A DNA stretch of 64,000 nucleotides from assembly GCF_018977255.1 (NCBI RefSeq), contig NW_024704742.1:94614001-94678000 (forward strand). The letters are read 5' to 3'. The stretch comes from Callorhinchus milii (lineage: Eukaryota). Both the position numbers and the translations under genes were made by a program. The notes under the pieces were generated by a model, which ran no database searches, was not told the DNA's origin, and worked only from the letters and a program-made list of their open reading frames with translations. Below, piece after piece: positions 49,963-63,367 of the stretch (the stretch's first letter is position 1; every line of letters begins with the position of its first letter).

Positions 49963-50812
49963 GTGGTGATATTAGACACCATTTATTTGCAAGTTACACA
50001 ATGTTCAAAAGCGCAATATTCCTAAATCAGGAGGCTTGAAAGAGAAAGAAGGAGGCTAATCAGCCTATCATGCTGGCTCTCTATTTAGCTATGCATTTAG
50101 TCCCATTCTCTTGCCCTTCCTTTCTCCCTTTCAGATCTTTAATTACTTTTAAAAGTTAATATGGATTCTGCCTTGAGCGCCATTCTAGTTAGGGACATAT
50201 AATGTTCCAACAGGTCTCTGGGGAAAAACAATTCTCCAAATCTCTTCCTTTGTTCTTTTGGTAATTGCCTTAATTCTGTGCTCACTGACTCACTGACTGT
50301 GTCACTGACTCACTGACCAATGGAAAATAATGTTCATGTTTGTTACCAAAATGCTTCGTAATTTTAAAAACCTCTCAGGTCTCCTTCCTACTCTCTGTTA
50401 TTTAAGGATTATTGGTAACGATTGTTGAGAGATTCTTTTCAACTTCTGAATAATTGTAGTGTCCAAACCTGGCCAGAAAGTTCTCAACAGCACTATCCTG
50501 TGTTCCCACTTTAGCAAGTATCATTTTCAAGAGCCGAAAACAACTTTTCCAAGCTTATTGAGAGGCTGGATATTGGCCTATGTTATAACTGTGAATAGGC
50601 CTTGAGAGTTATGTTATCCTTTAGAGGCCATTTTCTGTCCTTGCAAACAACAGTAGAAGCCTTAACAAAATCTCAGTCACAATTGTTTCATTCTTTGGCT
50701 GTCAAAGAAAATGAATAACATCTTAGAAGCAAATATGGGAGAAATGGAGTTAGGTATGAAATATGTTAACTTAATTGTCTAATATAATAAAGAGCACTCT
50801 ATTTCCTTCCAG

Positions 50813-50929
50813 AATGATGATATTGAAACCGATATTAACAAGTTAAAGCCGGTGCAAGACTTGAGGCGTCCAGTAGAAGAATTGGAAGAATATGTACGTT
50901 TTTTCCCAGAGCTCACTGAAGACTTTCAG
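50813..50929 (+). CDS. AGTPBP1: AGTPBP1 exon ([13 protein letters not shown]...[10 protein letters not shown])
   Basis: ttccag acceptor and CAG|GTAAAA donor; 117 nt. Confidence 0.95.
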
Positions 50930-51967
50930 GTAAAAAACAATGTTTCTGGTGTTTACACTTCTTTTGGGATCCATCCAGACGCTGGTCAATAAAACTAGTA
51001 TATTTTCTCTTAAGTATCATGACATTAGCAAAAAGCCATCAGGGCAAATAGAGCTTTAACCAATTTAATACTGAAAATAGTTTGCAATTTAAACTTCTCA
51101 CTCCAGATGTAAAAATATGCTGTACAAATCTTTTATGTACTTGTAATTCATATCGTTTTCTGCTATACATTAGATTAAAGGCATCAAATGAGCAGAATGA
51201 AAGAGTACGGCATCAAATTGTCTCTCCTCCTGCACCACCTCCATTGTTCTGTCCATTCCTGGTTTCAGTCTTACCTGTCTCAGTGACTTCATTTTGTCTC
51301 TTCCAACGGCTTCTCCTCCAGCTCCTGCACAGTCACATAAGGTTTTTCTCTGCAGTGAGATATTGAATCCACCCATCTTCAATGAATTCTGTAGTATTGT
51401 GTTTTTTTAATTAATAATTTATGGCATAAACATTTATGTTCTAATAATTTATAGTATAGAAAACAAATTGCAAATCACAAATGCAAATAGTGGGAGGTGC
51501 TTTGTCTACGCTTTTGATCACAGTTCAAGTTGATCGTGACAGTTCAGATTGTATGTGACTAGTTCAAGGTTGCTGTATTTTGTGCTATTGATTGATTGGT
51601 TTCAGTATTTTTTTTGTTGCCTGCTTTTCTCCTTCTACCCCCCTCATGCCAAAATGTAACTTTCCTCCTGGGAGGGGAAGAATTAAGGTAAGCAGGGTGT
51701 CCTTGGAGCTGAGCTTGGGTCCAAGGCAACATGCTTGGCAGTGGAATGTTATAATCCTGTCAAGCCTCTCTGGTGGTTTTGGTAATTCGATTCCTAAGCC
51801 AGGCAGGTTTGCAGTTCTTCAGGGCACTGCTAATAACAGATACGTTAGACTGGCTCATTGGCAAAACTTGGAGGAGCAGACCAGTCTGGGAATTGATATT
51901 CTTTGCTCTTGGCTTCTTTTAAACCTGCAAGTGAAAAGGGTTACCGACCACTGGCAAGTGGGTTGGT

Positions 51968-52264
51968 AACCCGAGGACACTGGTTTAAAATAGTTGTTAA
52001 AAGAAATAGGGGAGGTGAGGAGAAATCTTTTCACACAGTGAGTTGTTTGGATCTGGAATGCATTGCCTGAAAGGGTGGTAGAAGCCAATTCGATAACAAC
52101 TTTTAAGAGAGAAGTAGATAATTATTTGGAAGGACAAGTTTGCAGGGCTATGGGGAGAGAGCGGGGGAGTAAGATTGAATTGGATAGCTCTTTTCAAAGA
52201 GTTGGCACAGACACGATCGGCTGAATGGCCTCCTCTTGTGCTGTATAATTCTATGATTCTATGA
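51968..52264 (+). mobile_element. CR1 3' fragment
   Basis: ttcacacag.gagttgtt...tggaatgcattgcctgaaagggtggtagaagc; tail ttctatgattctatga. Confidence 0.88.
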
Positions 52265-52453
52265 AGTCAAAGCCCTAATGGGCTTTGCTGTTGCCAACCT
52301 GTGCCTAATACTCTCTGGAATAAGGTAAACGGGACGTAGCCCTCCAGTTCCAATTTAATTCCAGGGATAGAGAAATTTCCATGTGTAGGTGTCATATAAA
52401 TGGATTTGGATTTTCTTGTGGATACTTTTAAGGATGTGATAGGTTTCCGCATG

Positions 52454-52841
52454 TGGAGTCCTGTAGTGTAGTGGTTAGAGCATTCGACTCGCAAGCGATA
52501 GGACCTGGGTTTGATTCCTGGGCGGGCCAAAACTTTGGATAAGTTTCCTTACTCCACACGCCTCTGTTCGCTTAGCAGTAAGTATAAACCTGGTTGTCAG
52601 TCGATTGGTAGATCGCTTTTCCGGGGGTAATAATCTCTTCAAAAAATGAAGAAATAAATAATCTGGTTACGCAATCCACGACTGTTGGTGGGACACTGCT
52701 TTGCACAATTGGCTGCCGCATTTCACCCACAAACCATGCAGTCAATTCACTCTACCGTATATTCTGTGAAGCGCTTTGAGACATCTCGAAGACGTGATAA
52801 AGTGCTATACCAAATGCAAGGATTATTATTATTATTTTATT
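52454..52841 (+). mobile_element. tRNA-headed SINE, long variant, full length
   Basis: Head, extra block 'cctctgttcgcttagcagtaagtataaacc', Deu-like body and (ATT)n tail. Candidate TSD ATGT(G). Confidence 0.88.
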
Positions 52842-54508
52842 ATGTGTCACTTGACACCTAGCTGACCAAAAATAAATCCACCTGGCACGACATTAATGGT
52901 GAAACAGTCTATTAAAGAATAAATACAATGTTAAGAGCATAGAACAGCAACGTTAACTACCCAACCGTTCTATTGTAAAATAAATCTGATTTTTTTTTCC
53001 TTTGAAGTATGCAGTTTCAATGCTTTTTTGTTTGGCCCACTTAATTAGTGAGAGTGAAATAAGAGTGGCAGTATAATAGCAATTAAAGTCCTTTATGAGA
53101 TAGTATTCTCAGTTTGAAACCTCTTCAGTGCAACTGGATCCCTGCCTCAAACTGCATTTAGCCACTCTACTTGGTTTCCTTTGCCTCATATTCTGCTTAA
53201 AACCTTTTTCATTTAATTATTACAAAGGTAACTCTTGGCAGTGTAGACCAAAGTAGATTTTGATTATTCAAAGAAGGTTCGGAATAAGTTGCTGCATATC
53301 ATACCATTCGTTGATTAAAAAAACTTGGATTGTTCTGCTTACTTTATCAGTTTATTCTATTTGGCAATGTTTTGCATTGTTATTGAAGTTGACAGGTTGA
53401 AAAATACAAATGCTCAGTAATTGTACTACACATGCAGAGTAAGGTTCCTCGCTGGCTGTCAGTGGGCTTGCAAACTGACGCAATGATTGAATAACTGTGC
53501 TGCAGGTCACTTGAGTGACATCTACAGGGCATGTTTCCATAGGTTGGTAAATCTGTGCATCTCACCAGACAAGAGCATTTTATTAGCTCGCATACGTGTG
53601 CATATTCTATATGTAAAAGATATTTTGACAGCAGCGGCTGTTTTGGGAAAGTATTTCATTCTCACTGATTAAAATTGGTCAAACAAACGGTCATTTAAAC
53701 TTATAAATCAGTTTCTTGTTTTTTACTGTTTAATTGCAGTGATTTGTACAATTACATTTCTTTTTGGCTTTATCATTGACTTTCTGAGCTGTGTTATTAC
53801 AGCGGGTGTTTATGAAAATGTTTATGAAATAGTATAAGTGTGCTCAGAGCCCATATATGTTGGGACTCCACTGAGTTGCTGTAGATGTATATTTTATATA
53901 TGTACATATAGAATTATACAGCACAGAAAGAGGCCATTCGGCCCGTCTTGTCTGTGCCGGCTTTTTGAAAAGAGCTATCGAAATCAGTCCCACTCCCCAT
54001 TCTCTTCCCATAGCCTTGCAAACTTGTCCTTCCCAAATAATTATCTAATTCATAATTATATAATTAACTAATAATTATATATTCATACCTATAATTTCAG
54101 TGAATTCCTGATTGCAATTGTCCTGAGAGACAGAGACCAGATGGTTTCCAAACTTATTGTAAACCTGAAAGTAAAGTCAGAATCTGGTCATGGAGTGGTA
54201 TAGGGAGTAGGTTAACCGCCCACTCCCTTGCCCAGGAGTGCTATGCCTTGTTGTGAGGGAAGTCCAAAGAGTCAACACAGAAGAAAATACCAAGTATGTT
54301 ACCTAAAATATTATGTTTTGTGATTTCGTTCATAAGAACATAAGAAATGCTTAACGAAAAATAGACTAAGCTCCATCTAGTTTGCCTTCCACCTTCCTGG
54401 CGGTCGCATGCACGTATGTCCCGATGCCTATGTACTGTATCCCATAATGTTATTTCCTAAAAGAAAACTATCTTATCTGTGTTTGAAGGAATCAACACTT
54501 CCTGCTTC

Positions 54509-54741
54509 AATAATAATAATAATAATCCTAGCATTTGATATAGCACTTTTCACGTCGGGAGGACGTCCCAAAGCGCTTCACAGAACACACTGTAAAGTGA
54601 ATTGACTGTATATTTGTGGGCGAATGCGGCAGCCAATTGCGCACAGCAATGTCCCACAAACAGTCGTAGATTGAAAATGACCAATTTAATTATTGTTTTT
54701 TTTTTGGAGGGATTATTATTAGGCATGTGGAGTAAGGAAAC
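54509..54741 (-). mobile_element. Young 5'-truncated SINE inserted into a minus-strand CR1 3' fragment (54330-54780)
   Basis: Nearly identical to the reverse complement of 40770-41004. Confidence 0.9.
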
Positions 54742-54889
54742 CGTCTCCCTAGGGAGCCTGTTCCACGGGTTCACTATTTGTATTCAGAGCATGAATGATT
54801 TTTAATCTACTGATGGTTAATAGGATTGATTGGGCTATGCATATCATATTAAATAATGAACAGCATAACATTATTAGTATAATAATAAT

Positions 54890-55290
54890 TACGATGATTG
54901 TTGCATTTGACATAGCACTTCATCCCATCACCAGAATTACTTTACAGTAAATTATGTGAAGTGTATTGTCAGGCGAAAGTGACAGGCAATTTGCACATAG
55001 CAATGGCCCACAAACAGAAATGAAGTGGATGACCAATTTAATCTGAGAATTTGTTGGCCAGGACACTGGGTGAAATAGTTGTCACAAGATCTTTAACGAT
55101 CACCAAAACAGTCAGATGAGGCCTCGGTTTAATGTCTCATCTGAAGGATAACATTTCCAACAATGCAATACCCCCCCAACACTGCGTTGGAGTCTGAGTC
55201 TAGACTATGAGCTCAAAAGTTACAACATGAGATGTGGGGCTTGAACCCACAAGCCTGATACAGATAACAGTGCTACCAATTGAGCCAGGC
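54890..55290 (-). mobile_element. DeuSINE-like copy
   Basis: Near-complete reverse-complement copy, including the B box (cttgaacccac) and A box (ctaccaattgagcca). Confidence 0.7.
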
Positions 55291-56275
55291 TGATACCTTA
55301 CAATGCAGTGATGGAGGCTGAGAGCTTGAACAGTATGTTGCTTTTCAGATTTATAATAATAATAATCTTTGCACACTGGCTGTACTGTCAGCATTCAGCT
55401 GTTGCGACCTTTAAGTTTAGGTTTGCAGTTTACAACTTACACTGGCATTCGTACAGCTGGAGTCATGATGATGATGATGATGATGGTAATAATAATCCTT
55501 GCATTTGATATAGCACCTTATCATGTCTTCGAGATGTCTCTAAGTGCTTCACAGAATACACTTGGAGATCAGCAGCGCATTTAATAAAACTCTCTCTATA
55601 CTCCACAGTGAATAGTACTTAAGTCCACATTTGTCTTGTACCATCATATCTTGTTTTTATTAAAAGTTAGAGCTGATTTTCCATCTTTAATGTTGTATTC
55701 TGGTCTTTTTTTTAACTTCTGTTTAAATTCACTTAAATTCGTTAAACTGCTGCTTCTCAAATACTAATGTGGGATTCTCATTTTCAAAGTTTGCTAAAAA
55801 TACTTCACTACAGGCCCTTGCTTAGAATCTTCAGCAAGCATTTAAAGTCTGGTTTCTACGTGCTATGAGGACCTGCTTGCTTTGTGCTAATATTTGACGT
55901 CTGTCAAAGGAGAAGAATGCATCCTGCATCCTGAAAATGCACATGCTTTTTCCTGTTGTAGCTGAATCATTCTCAGTTTGGAAAGATAAGTAGTTGCTCT
56001 ACTTGTGTGCCAGTGCAGATGTTGATAGGAAGAAGGAAATGGCTACTCTCCTACAGGAAAAGAAGTTAGCGTGCATCCAGAATAAAGGTCAGGAGGTAAG
56101 AGGTCAGTGCAGAACCGTTTAAAGGTGGAGTGGCAGATTTGGTAAAATAACGAAAAACTTTAAACAACCATGAGCCCAGAGATAATTTGGAAATTATTGT
56201 TAGTTTTGCACTTTGAAATGTAATATCACTCTTGTTTGGCTATGACCATTCAATAAGCATAATCTATCAACGTGC

Positions 56276-56830
56276 TGCTTAACACACAATTTTCAACACA
56301 ATAAATCATTATTAAAGGGTGTTCTACATGTTATATAGCAGGTCAGAATATTCATTTTGCATTTTCAACGCCATAAGTGGCCAGATATATTTTCATTTTT
56401 ATAATTGGTAGAATGTTGCACATTTTAGCACAGCTCAAAGAATTTGTACCTTGGTTTTATACTTTGCCAATCTGTAGTGTTAGTCAAATTAATGCAATGG
56501 GTAAACTTTTGGCAGCACAGGTTCACACTCTCTCTTTCCATCTTGTTAGTGTGATCACCACCTGACTGCTTCTCCCCCATAGAAACGGGAGTAGGCTATT
56601 CAGCCTCTCGAGCCTGTTCCGCCATTTTATAAGATCAAGGCTGCTCCGTACCTCAAGTCCAGTTACCCGCCCTTGCCCCATATCCCTTATAATACCCTGA
56701 CCTAACAAATGCCTATCTAAATAGATGCCACTTATAGCATTGAAAGTGGCAAAATGCATAATACCTGCTCTATAACATGTACAACACTCTTTAATAATGA
56801 TTTATTGTGTTAAAAATTTTGTGTTAAACA
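56276..56830. repeat. ~105-bp inverted repeat (56276-56381 / 56727-56830) enclosing a CR1 3' fragment (56578-56722, minus strand)
   Basis: aacacaataaatcattattaaagggtgttctacatgttatatagcagg pairs with cctgctctataacatgtacaacactctttaataatgatttattgtgtt. Confidence 0.88.
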
Positions 56831-57047
56831 GGTAGTGCTTATTGACTGAACCTTTCCTGTTTGCCCAATTATTTCCCAAACATCTGTTCTCCATTGATTC
56901 ACTTTACACATGTATTTTGTCAGCTCTCATCTTGAAAGATGCAGTGCTTGAAATAATTTAAATGAAAATGGAGACGTCTTCTGAGGCCTTGTGTAGTGGG
57001 TCATGGCACATGCAGATCAGAGTTAGCTGATCTCAGCTGTGATACAA

Positions 57048-58224
57048 CAACAACAAAATTACATTTGTATAGCACCTTTCACTTCGGGAGGACGTCCCAA
57101 GGCGCTGGACAGTCAGTGTTTCGGACCCGAGTTGGTCATCGGGATTGGGGAGGGTGGAGGGCAGGGGGGGAAGGAGGGTGATCGAAGGCATGGTCGAAGA
57201 AGAGTCTTGAGATGGGTCTTAAAGGAGGCAAGGGAGGGGCCGAGGCAGAGGGTCTGCGAGATGGAGTTCCAGTGGGTGGGGGCAGAGTGGATGAAGGCTC
57301 GCCCGTCAATAGTGGGGCGGATGAAGCGGGAGACATGAAGCAGGCCGGAGCCCACTGAGTGGAGGGAGAGGGCAGGTTTGTAGGGGGTTAGGAGGTCGCA
57401 AAGGTAGGGTGGAGCAAGGCAATGTAGGGCTTTGAGATGAGGACCAGGATCTTGAACTGTATCATCTGTGTGATGGGAAGCCAGTGGAGTCAGGTAAGGA
57501 TGGGGGTGATAGGGTCACAGAGCCTGGTGCGGGAGAGGACACAGGCTAAAGAGATCTGGACGATCTGCAGGCTATAGAGGGAGTCTTTGGGGAGGCTGAC
57601 AAGCAGGGAGTTTGCATAGTCGAGACTGGATGTTATGAATGCGTGTATGAGGGTTTTGGCAGTCTGCGGTGAGACAGTGACGGAGCCGAGTGATGTTGCG
57701 GAGGTGGGGGAAGTCAGAGCGGGTCATGACACAGATGTGGGGTAGAAAGGATAGTTAGGGTCAAACAAGATGCCAAGGTTTTGGACTGGCTTAGCAAGGT
57801 GGAGTGTGTATCCTTGAATGGTGATGCTGTCAGTGCCTGAAGTGTGGAGGCACTGACGGGAGCCAATCAGGAGAGCCTCGGTCTTGTTGACTTTCAACTG
57901 AAGAAAGTTAGCTCTCATCCAGGACTTGATGTCTGACAGTCATTCTGTCAGCACAGCAGTGGTTCTGGAGTCAGAGTTGGAGGCAGTGTTGGGTGTCATC
58001 TGCATATATGTGGAAGTTGCCCCAGCCTCGGGTGATGTCACCAAGAGGGAGCATATAGATATTGAGCTGTTTCTGTGCTGTGGGCGGCACGGAAACCCGA
58101 TTGGAGGGGTTTGTGAAGGGTGTGGTGGGAGAGGAAGGAGTGAAGCTGGGAAGCAACGACTCGTTACAGGACCTTGGAAAGGAAAGGGAGGCTGGAGATG
58201 GGGCGGTAGTTTGAGAGCAGGGTG
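57048..58224 (-). mobile_element. Degenerate L2 with an internal deletion; candidate TSD TACAA
   Basis: Translations YADDTQ and MRANFLQL; (CAA)n tail. TACAA occurs at 57043-57047 and 58225-58229. Confidence 0.87.
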
Positions 58225-60886
58225 TACAATTGGCCTTAGCTTTCTCCTTGTTGAAAGGCATCAATCAGCCTGGGTTTAAATCGACGTTCTCTGCTGAAAG
58301 GTGGGAGTGCGTGTGGGAGTCCAGTGAGAAGCCTGCAGTTGAGTAGTCTGGCGTTGCTCACTATCCAGGCATGAATACAAATGGCTCATTGGATGAGATT
58401 CATGTGGTCAAATGGAATTGTATTTTAGCAGCAGAAAACGAGAGTCATGTTCCTTCAGGAAGAGGAAGGGAGAGAACATATGGCAGAATAAGAGTCACAG
58501 TGAAAATCTTGATTCTCCTATTTTGGACGTAACCTGGCATTTCAAACTCTTTGCATCATATAACTAATTGCTCTTTTACATTGTACACTGTCTTTCATTA
58601 GATGACATCCGTACAGAGCACTATGTGTTGACAGTACCATTGTCAAACCTTAGGGCCATTCTCCGTTCATTCATCTTTGTTCACCAAATAGAAACATTGG
58701 TGATTGATAGAAAGGAAAACTTCCTGTGTTGGTGGTCAGGGGTATGATTTTATTTTACAGTGCAAGTGATGTGGTACTTGTGATAGCTGATACTGCTGAA
58801 AAGTCACTGATTGGAAGAAGTAGAGGGGACACCATATATCTCTTTTGTTAAACTGACTTGTTGTTTGATCCAAGTCTATGCTCCCAGCCCAGTTTCTAGA
58901 TCCTTGTTTGTTTAATATATTGTGCTTAACTTTTTTTATTATCATTGTGGATTGGAGAGTTGTAATTTTCAGGCCTATCCTATTTGTTTGAAATTCTATT
59001 TGTTTGAATTTCATTCTCTCTCGTGTCCAATCTTTTTTTGAGATGCATCTCAGGTATAATTGGTTCAGTAAAATAATAGACCTCATTAAGCCTGTTTTGT
59101 AGTGAGTTCAGGATAGGTTGATTTTTTAAAAAGAAGTATTGTTGTTAATTACAATGGAGTTTTTACAATTCTCGCACATTACAAATTATAGCTTAAGACA
59201 CTTTATTCTCTCAAGAAAGCTTATCAACGATTCAATCTGCAGGTGTCATTGCCCCATCAAGGGAAACTGTTGCTACTGCACAGACTTTTTTTTGGCACAC
59301 GCGGAAACCCAGCACCATTCTTAAAAGTATCCAAACCAAACTGAGAATCCATGCATCCCAAATGCACATGGAAATTACAGAGAGAGATTGTTGGAATGGA
59401 ATGCACACTCAGAGTTTAATTTCAGACCCTTGTCAGCAGAGGGCCATGTGCTCGATGTCCATATTCTTTGCCCTTATGCTGAATTTAACCCCTGATTAAA
59501 CTTGGCAGAATGAAGTTAAGAGATTGTTTGGCAAAGGAGAGTCACATTATGACTGTATATGCCGTATGATAATAGAGCCCCATTTTAACTTGGCAGTTGG
59601 GGGTTCATAAAATCCCATCCTGCGCTAAAACCGGGCATGAATATCAGACATCGAATCTTTAACTGTACATCTGCGCAAAAAGAGGTCTGGCTTCATCAGC
59701 AGCTCACAGGAAGTGCTCTCAGTGGCAACCTGCTGACACAGAAATCGTCCATTGTGTAGTCAATGGGAAGCCAAAATAGCCAACATGTGGAGCATCTGGT
59801 TGGCGTTCTATGTGCCAATCAACGTTTTGAAGAGTTATTGGAGTCAGGCGGGTGGATTTATTTGCTAAGTATATTGTCAGTGTGTTCATTCCAATCGTGG
59901 TATAAGTGAACCAGGGTGATAGTGAGCTTGTTATAACAGGGTTCCGTTGTACTTCTTGGGAAAGATTTGAAAGCTCCTCAAAATCCCTTTACATTTAGGT
60001 TGAGCCTGACTTATTTATACCAATTGCTTACTATGATGTATCTTAATTTTTAAAAAAAAGCAAATAGGTAGTTAATCATTCATTAGGATTGAAAGATTGC
60101 TTGAGCAGGAAAACTGCACTATAAAAGGCACCAACGCCAGGAAAAGTGTCTGGGTCTCCTTAGGGACTCCATTTACTTGGCACTGAATGTAGAGAATTCT
60201 GCTTCATGACAATCTTGTGTTGGAGCCGGGTATTTAATTCCAGTCTGAGAGCTTCAAACCCATCATGTTGCTCTGAAATGCATTATTTTATGGAGAAATG
60301 CGGCTTTCCACAAGTGCTTATTTTCATGATTGCTCTGTACTTTGTGTTTTGAAGTGGTAATAACTTTAGATGTTTAACAGAAATTCTGCCTTTTGAAGGA
60401 TCTCTGGGTAGGAGGAAGGGTTAGTAATCAGTGCCAGAAAATCAGGTGGGATGGAGACTTTGCATCTCTTGGGATGCAAGAAAAGTGTTTAAGAACTGAT
60501 CTCTTGTTGCGCAGAGGTGGAATAGAAGTTTTTGTGCCTCGTGTCAGAGAGCTTCTGAGAGGTATTGAGTTGTTTTATGGTAAAGGTGTACTCTACTGTT
60601 TTAAGGGAATTTCTTTTGAGGGGGGAGTAGCAGGTCTAGGGTGAATGTAAGAGATGAATATTGTCTACGTTTGCACAATGACCTTTGGGGGTAATGATTG
60701 TTTATGCTGATTCCCATAAGAGATAAAATGGGTCCGTAATGTCCATGAAAGGGCAGACTTGACATGGCCTGTGAAAGTAGAAGGCATTTTGTCCTTTTCA
60801 AGTTCCAAGCCGTTATCTTCTTGTGCAAGGACCTCTTTATAATTCAATAACTTTTTTGTTTTTATTTCCCATTTTACTTGTTGTAG

Positions 60887-61671
60887 CCTTATGATCTTCC
60901 TGAAAAGATGAGCCCGAACGTTTCAGGAACTGACGTGAAGCTGACCGGGCCTATTGTCGTACCTACGGCAGGAGAGGAACTGTCTGCAGATAGTGTGATG
61001 AGAGCTCCTGCTGAAGATAAGGACAGGCTGGCTGGACAGCTGTTTGTATCCAATGCTTGCCAAGCACCTGTGCAGGGCAATGAATTGGAAACACCTATAA
61101 ACCAGCAAAGCAAAGAGAGTATCAATGCTGCTAACTTGCACTGCTCTAAGCAAAATGGAGATACATTGACATCTTCACAATACCAGGACAATGAGATCAC
61201 AAAAAAATTGAACAGTATGTCCTTGCACTATAATAGTGCATTTGGAAATGCAAAGTATTATAACAATGGTTGTGTGAGTGCAAAGGAGAGTAAACCCAGC
61301 TTTTTGACATTGGGGCAAGCCTGCAGCCAAACGTGTCAGCACCTTTCAGGTTGTGGAAAGTCTTTATTCACCTCCTCGTTTGGTGACCCGCAATCTTGGC
61401 GGCAGGTTGGTACCCAGCTGGGCCAGTTGTGTTGCACTGGCATAGACACTGAGGATGAGTCCTCTTCAAATTCTTCGGGGGAACATGGATATTTAGAGGT
61501 CACAGACTCGGGGAACTTGCAACCACTGAATGATCCTGATCTTTACATTGAAATTGTTAAAAAGACTAAATCTGTTCCTGAATACACTGACGTGGCGTAT
61601 CCCGATTATTTTGGCCATGTTCCACCACCATTCAAGGAGCCTCTCATAGAAAGACCTTATGGTGTACAAAG
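60887..61671 (+). CDS. AGTPBP1: AGTPBP1 large exon (GPIVVPTAGEE...LGQLCCTG...DPDLYIEIVK...PDYFGHVPPPFKEPLIERPYGVQR)
   Basis: ttgtag acceptor and AG|GTGAGC donor; 785 nt; corresponds to ORF 60908..61675. Confidence 0.96.
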
Positions 61672-62529
61672 GTGAGCATTGCATTAAGCTGGTGATGTGA
61701 TATTTACTGTTCTTCTTTGCTGTCAGAGTTGGCATCCATAACAATAATCCTTGCATTTGACATAGCGCCTTATCAAGTCATTGAGATTTCTCAAAGCGCT
61801 TCACAGTATATACTGTGTATTTTGTGGGTGAGATGCGGCAGGAAGTTGCGCACAGCAATGTCCAAAAATAGCCATGGAGTGAATGAACAATTTTTTTTTA
61901 TTTATGGGGATTGTTGGCCAGATTACTGGGAGAAACTACCTTCACTTTTTGAGCCAGTTGTTTGTAGCAAGCCTGTCTCAAGTGTATTTCAGTATTGAAA
62001 TATAAGTACACAATATATTGCAATTGAACTGAATAGTTTTGATTGAACCACCTTCAAAGATTCAACAAGTCCATTTATGGGACATTGTTACAGTTAGAAA
62101 CCCATTTCTTCTTGTATGAAGGAACAAAAACTTTTGTTGAATTTTTGAATTTCATTCAAGCTACAATCCCCCCCACACTATTTTTCAGACTTTATTTCAA
62201 TAAGTACATTAATACATAAAATACAAATAAATGTCTCTGCAAGGTTGTTGTCAATCATTAACTAAGTGAAGGACTTGAGCATGGATGTTGATTTCAGTGG
62301 AGATGGTCAGAATTTGCAATGAATCTTTTCGTACCCTGTCACTGGTTCCTTTCAGTACAGCATTTTAATGTGAGCAACATTCTTAGTTAAACCTGAAGAA
62401 AATATTCACTTAACAATTAAGTATTTGTTAAAAATTTAAATCCATCCATTCGTTCTGTGAATTTGTTCATGGAAGATAAGGTAATATTTGATGGATTCCT
62501 TCCTTAGAACTACCTATTAATAATACTTG

Positions 62530-62870
62530 TATTTGATTTAGTGGCTTATCGTGTTGTTGAGACGTCTCAAAGCCTTCATAGAATATATTGTAAAGTGAAT
62601 TGACTGTATATTTTCTGGTGAAATGCGGCAGCCAATTGCACACAGCAGTGTCTCACAAATAGTCGTGGATTGAGTGATCACTTTTTTTTATAACTACATT
62701 TTATTTTGAATTCTACTTTGTCCTGTTCTGTTACAAGTCCCGCCTGAAAACCTTCCTGATTCTCCCCCCACACTTCCCCCTCCGGTTCGGAGTCAGGCTC
62801 CGCCACTGTTAAGCGCTCTGAGATGCTACCTTGCGTGGAGGGCGCTATATAAGTGCAAGTTGTTGTTAAT
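62530..62870. mobile_element. SINE 3' fragment (minus, ~62530-62680) and short L2 3' end (plus, ~62735-62870)
   Basis: SINE family body in reverse; L2 tail gcgctatataagtgcaagttgttgtt. Confidence 0.75.
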
Positions 62871-62910
62871 TATCGGTAAGAACTGAATAAATAAATGTTC
62901 TCTGCTACAG

Positions 62911-62994
62911 GACCAAAATATTTCAAGATATCGAGAGACTGATTCATGCAAATGATGTCATAGATAAGATTGTATATGATCTTGATTTAATAAG
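62911..62994 (+). CDS. AGTPBP1: AGTPBP1 exon ([27 protein letters not shown])
   Basis: ctacag acceptor and AG|GTGAGT donor; 84 nt. Confidence 0.95.
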
Positions 62995-62999
62995 GTGAG

Positions 63000-63262
63000 T
63001 TTAATGCCAGCCTCCTACTTGTTCCTTGCACACTCTGCTCCACCATTGGAGGTCGCGCTTTAGTCATTTCGCCCTGCAACTGTGGAACACTCCCTCTCAA
63101 TCCCTCCCCCTTGCCCATTCTCTCCCCTTTTTCAAGTCCTGCTAGAAAACCTTCCTTTTCGGTCCTGCTTATGGTCACCCCCCTCAGTGTCAGGCTCTAC
63201 CACTGCTAAGTGCTCTGAGATGCGTAACTTGTATGGAGGGCGCTATATAAGTGCATGTTGTT
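63000..63262 (+). mobile_element. Short L2 3' fragment filling most of a 373-bp intron
   Basis: ccaccattggaggtcgcgcttt...gcgctatataagtgcatgttgtt. Confidence 0.75.
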
Positions 63263-63367
63263 TAATAAAATCTGGCTCATCGTTGCTGATTTTTCCACTT
63301 CAAAAGTTAAAGTTTATCTCTGATGTTGAAATTATATACTTGATGTCTTCCCCCCTCTCTCACTCAG

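Larger units (their letters stand above)
51660..52880. repeat. Unclassified repeat, copy 3 (reverse orientation), interrupted by a CR1 3' end and a SINE
   Basis: Reverse-complement similarity to 12380-12930 in segments 51660-51960, 52270-52453 and 52846-52880. Confidence 0.7.
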
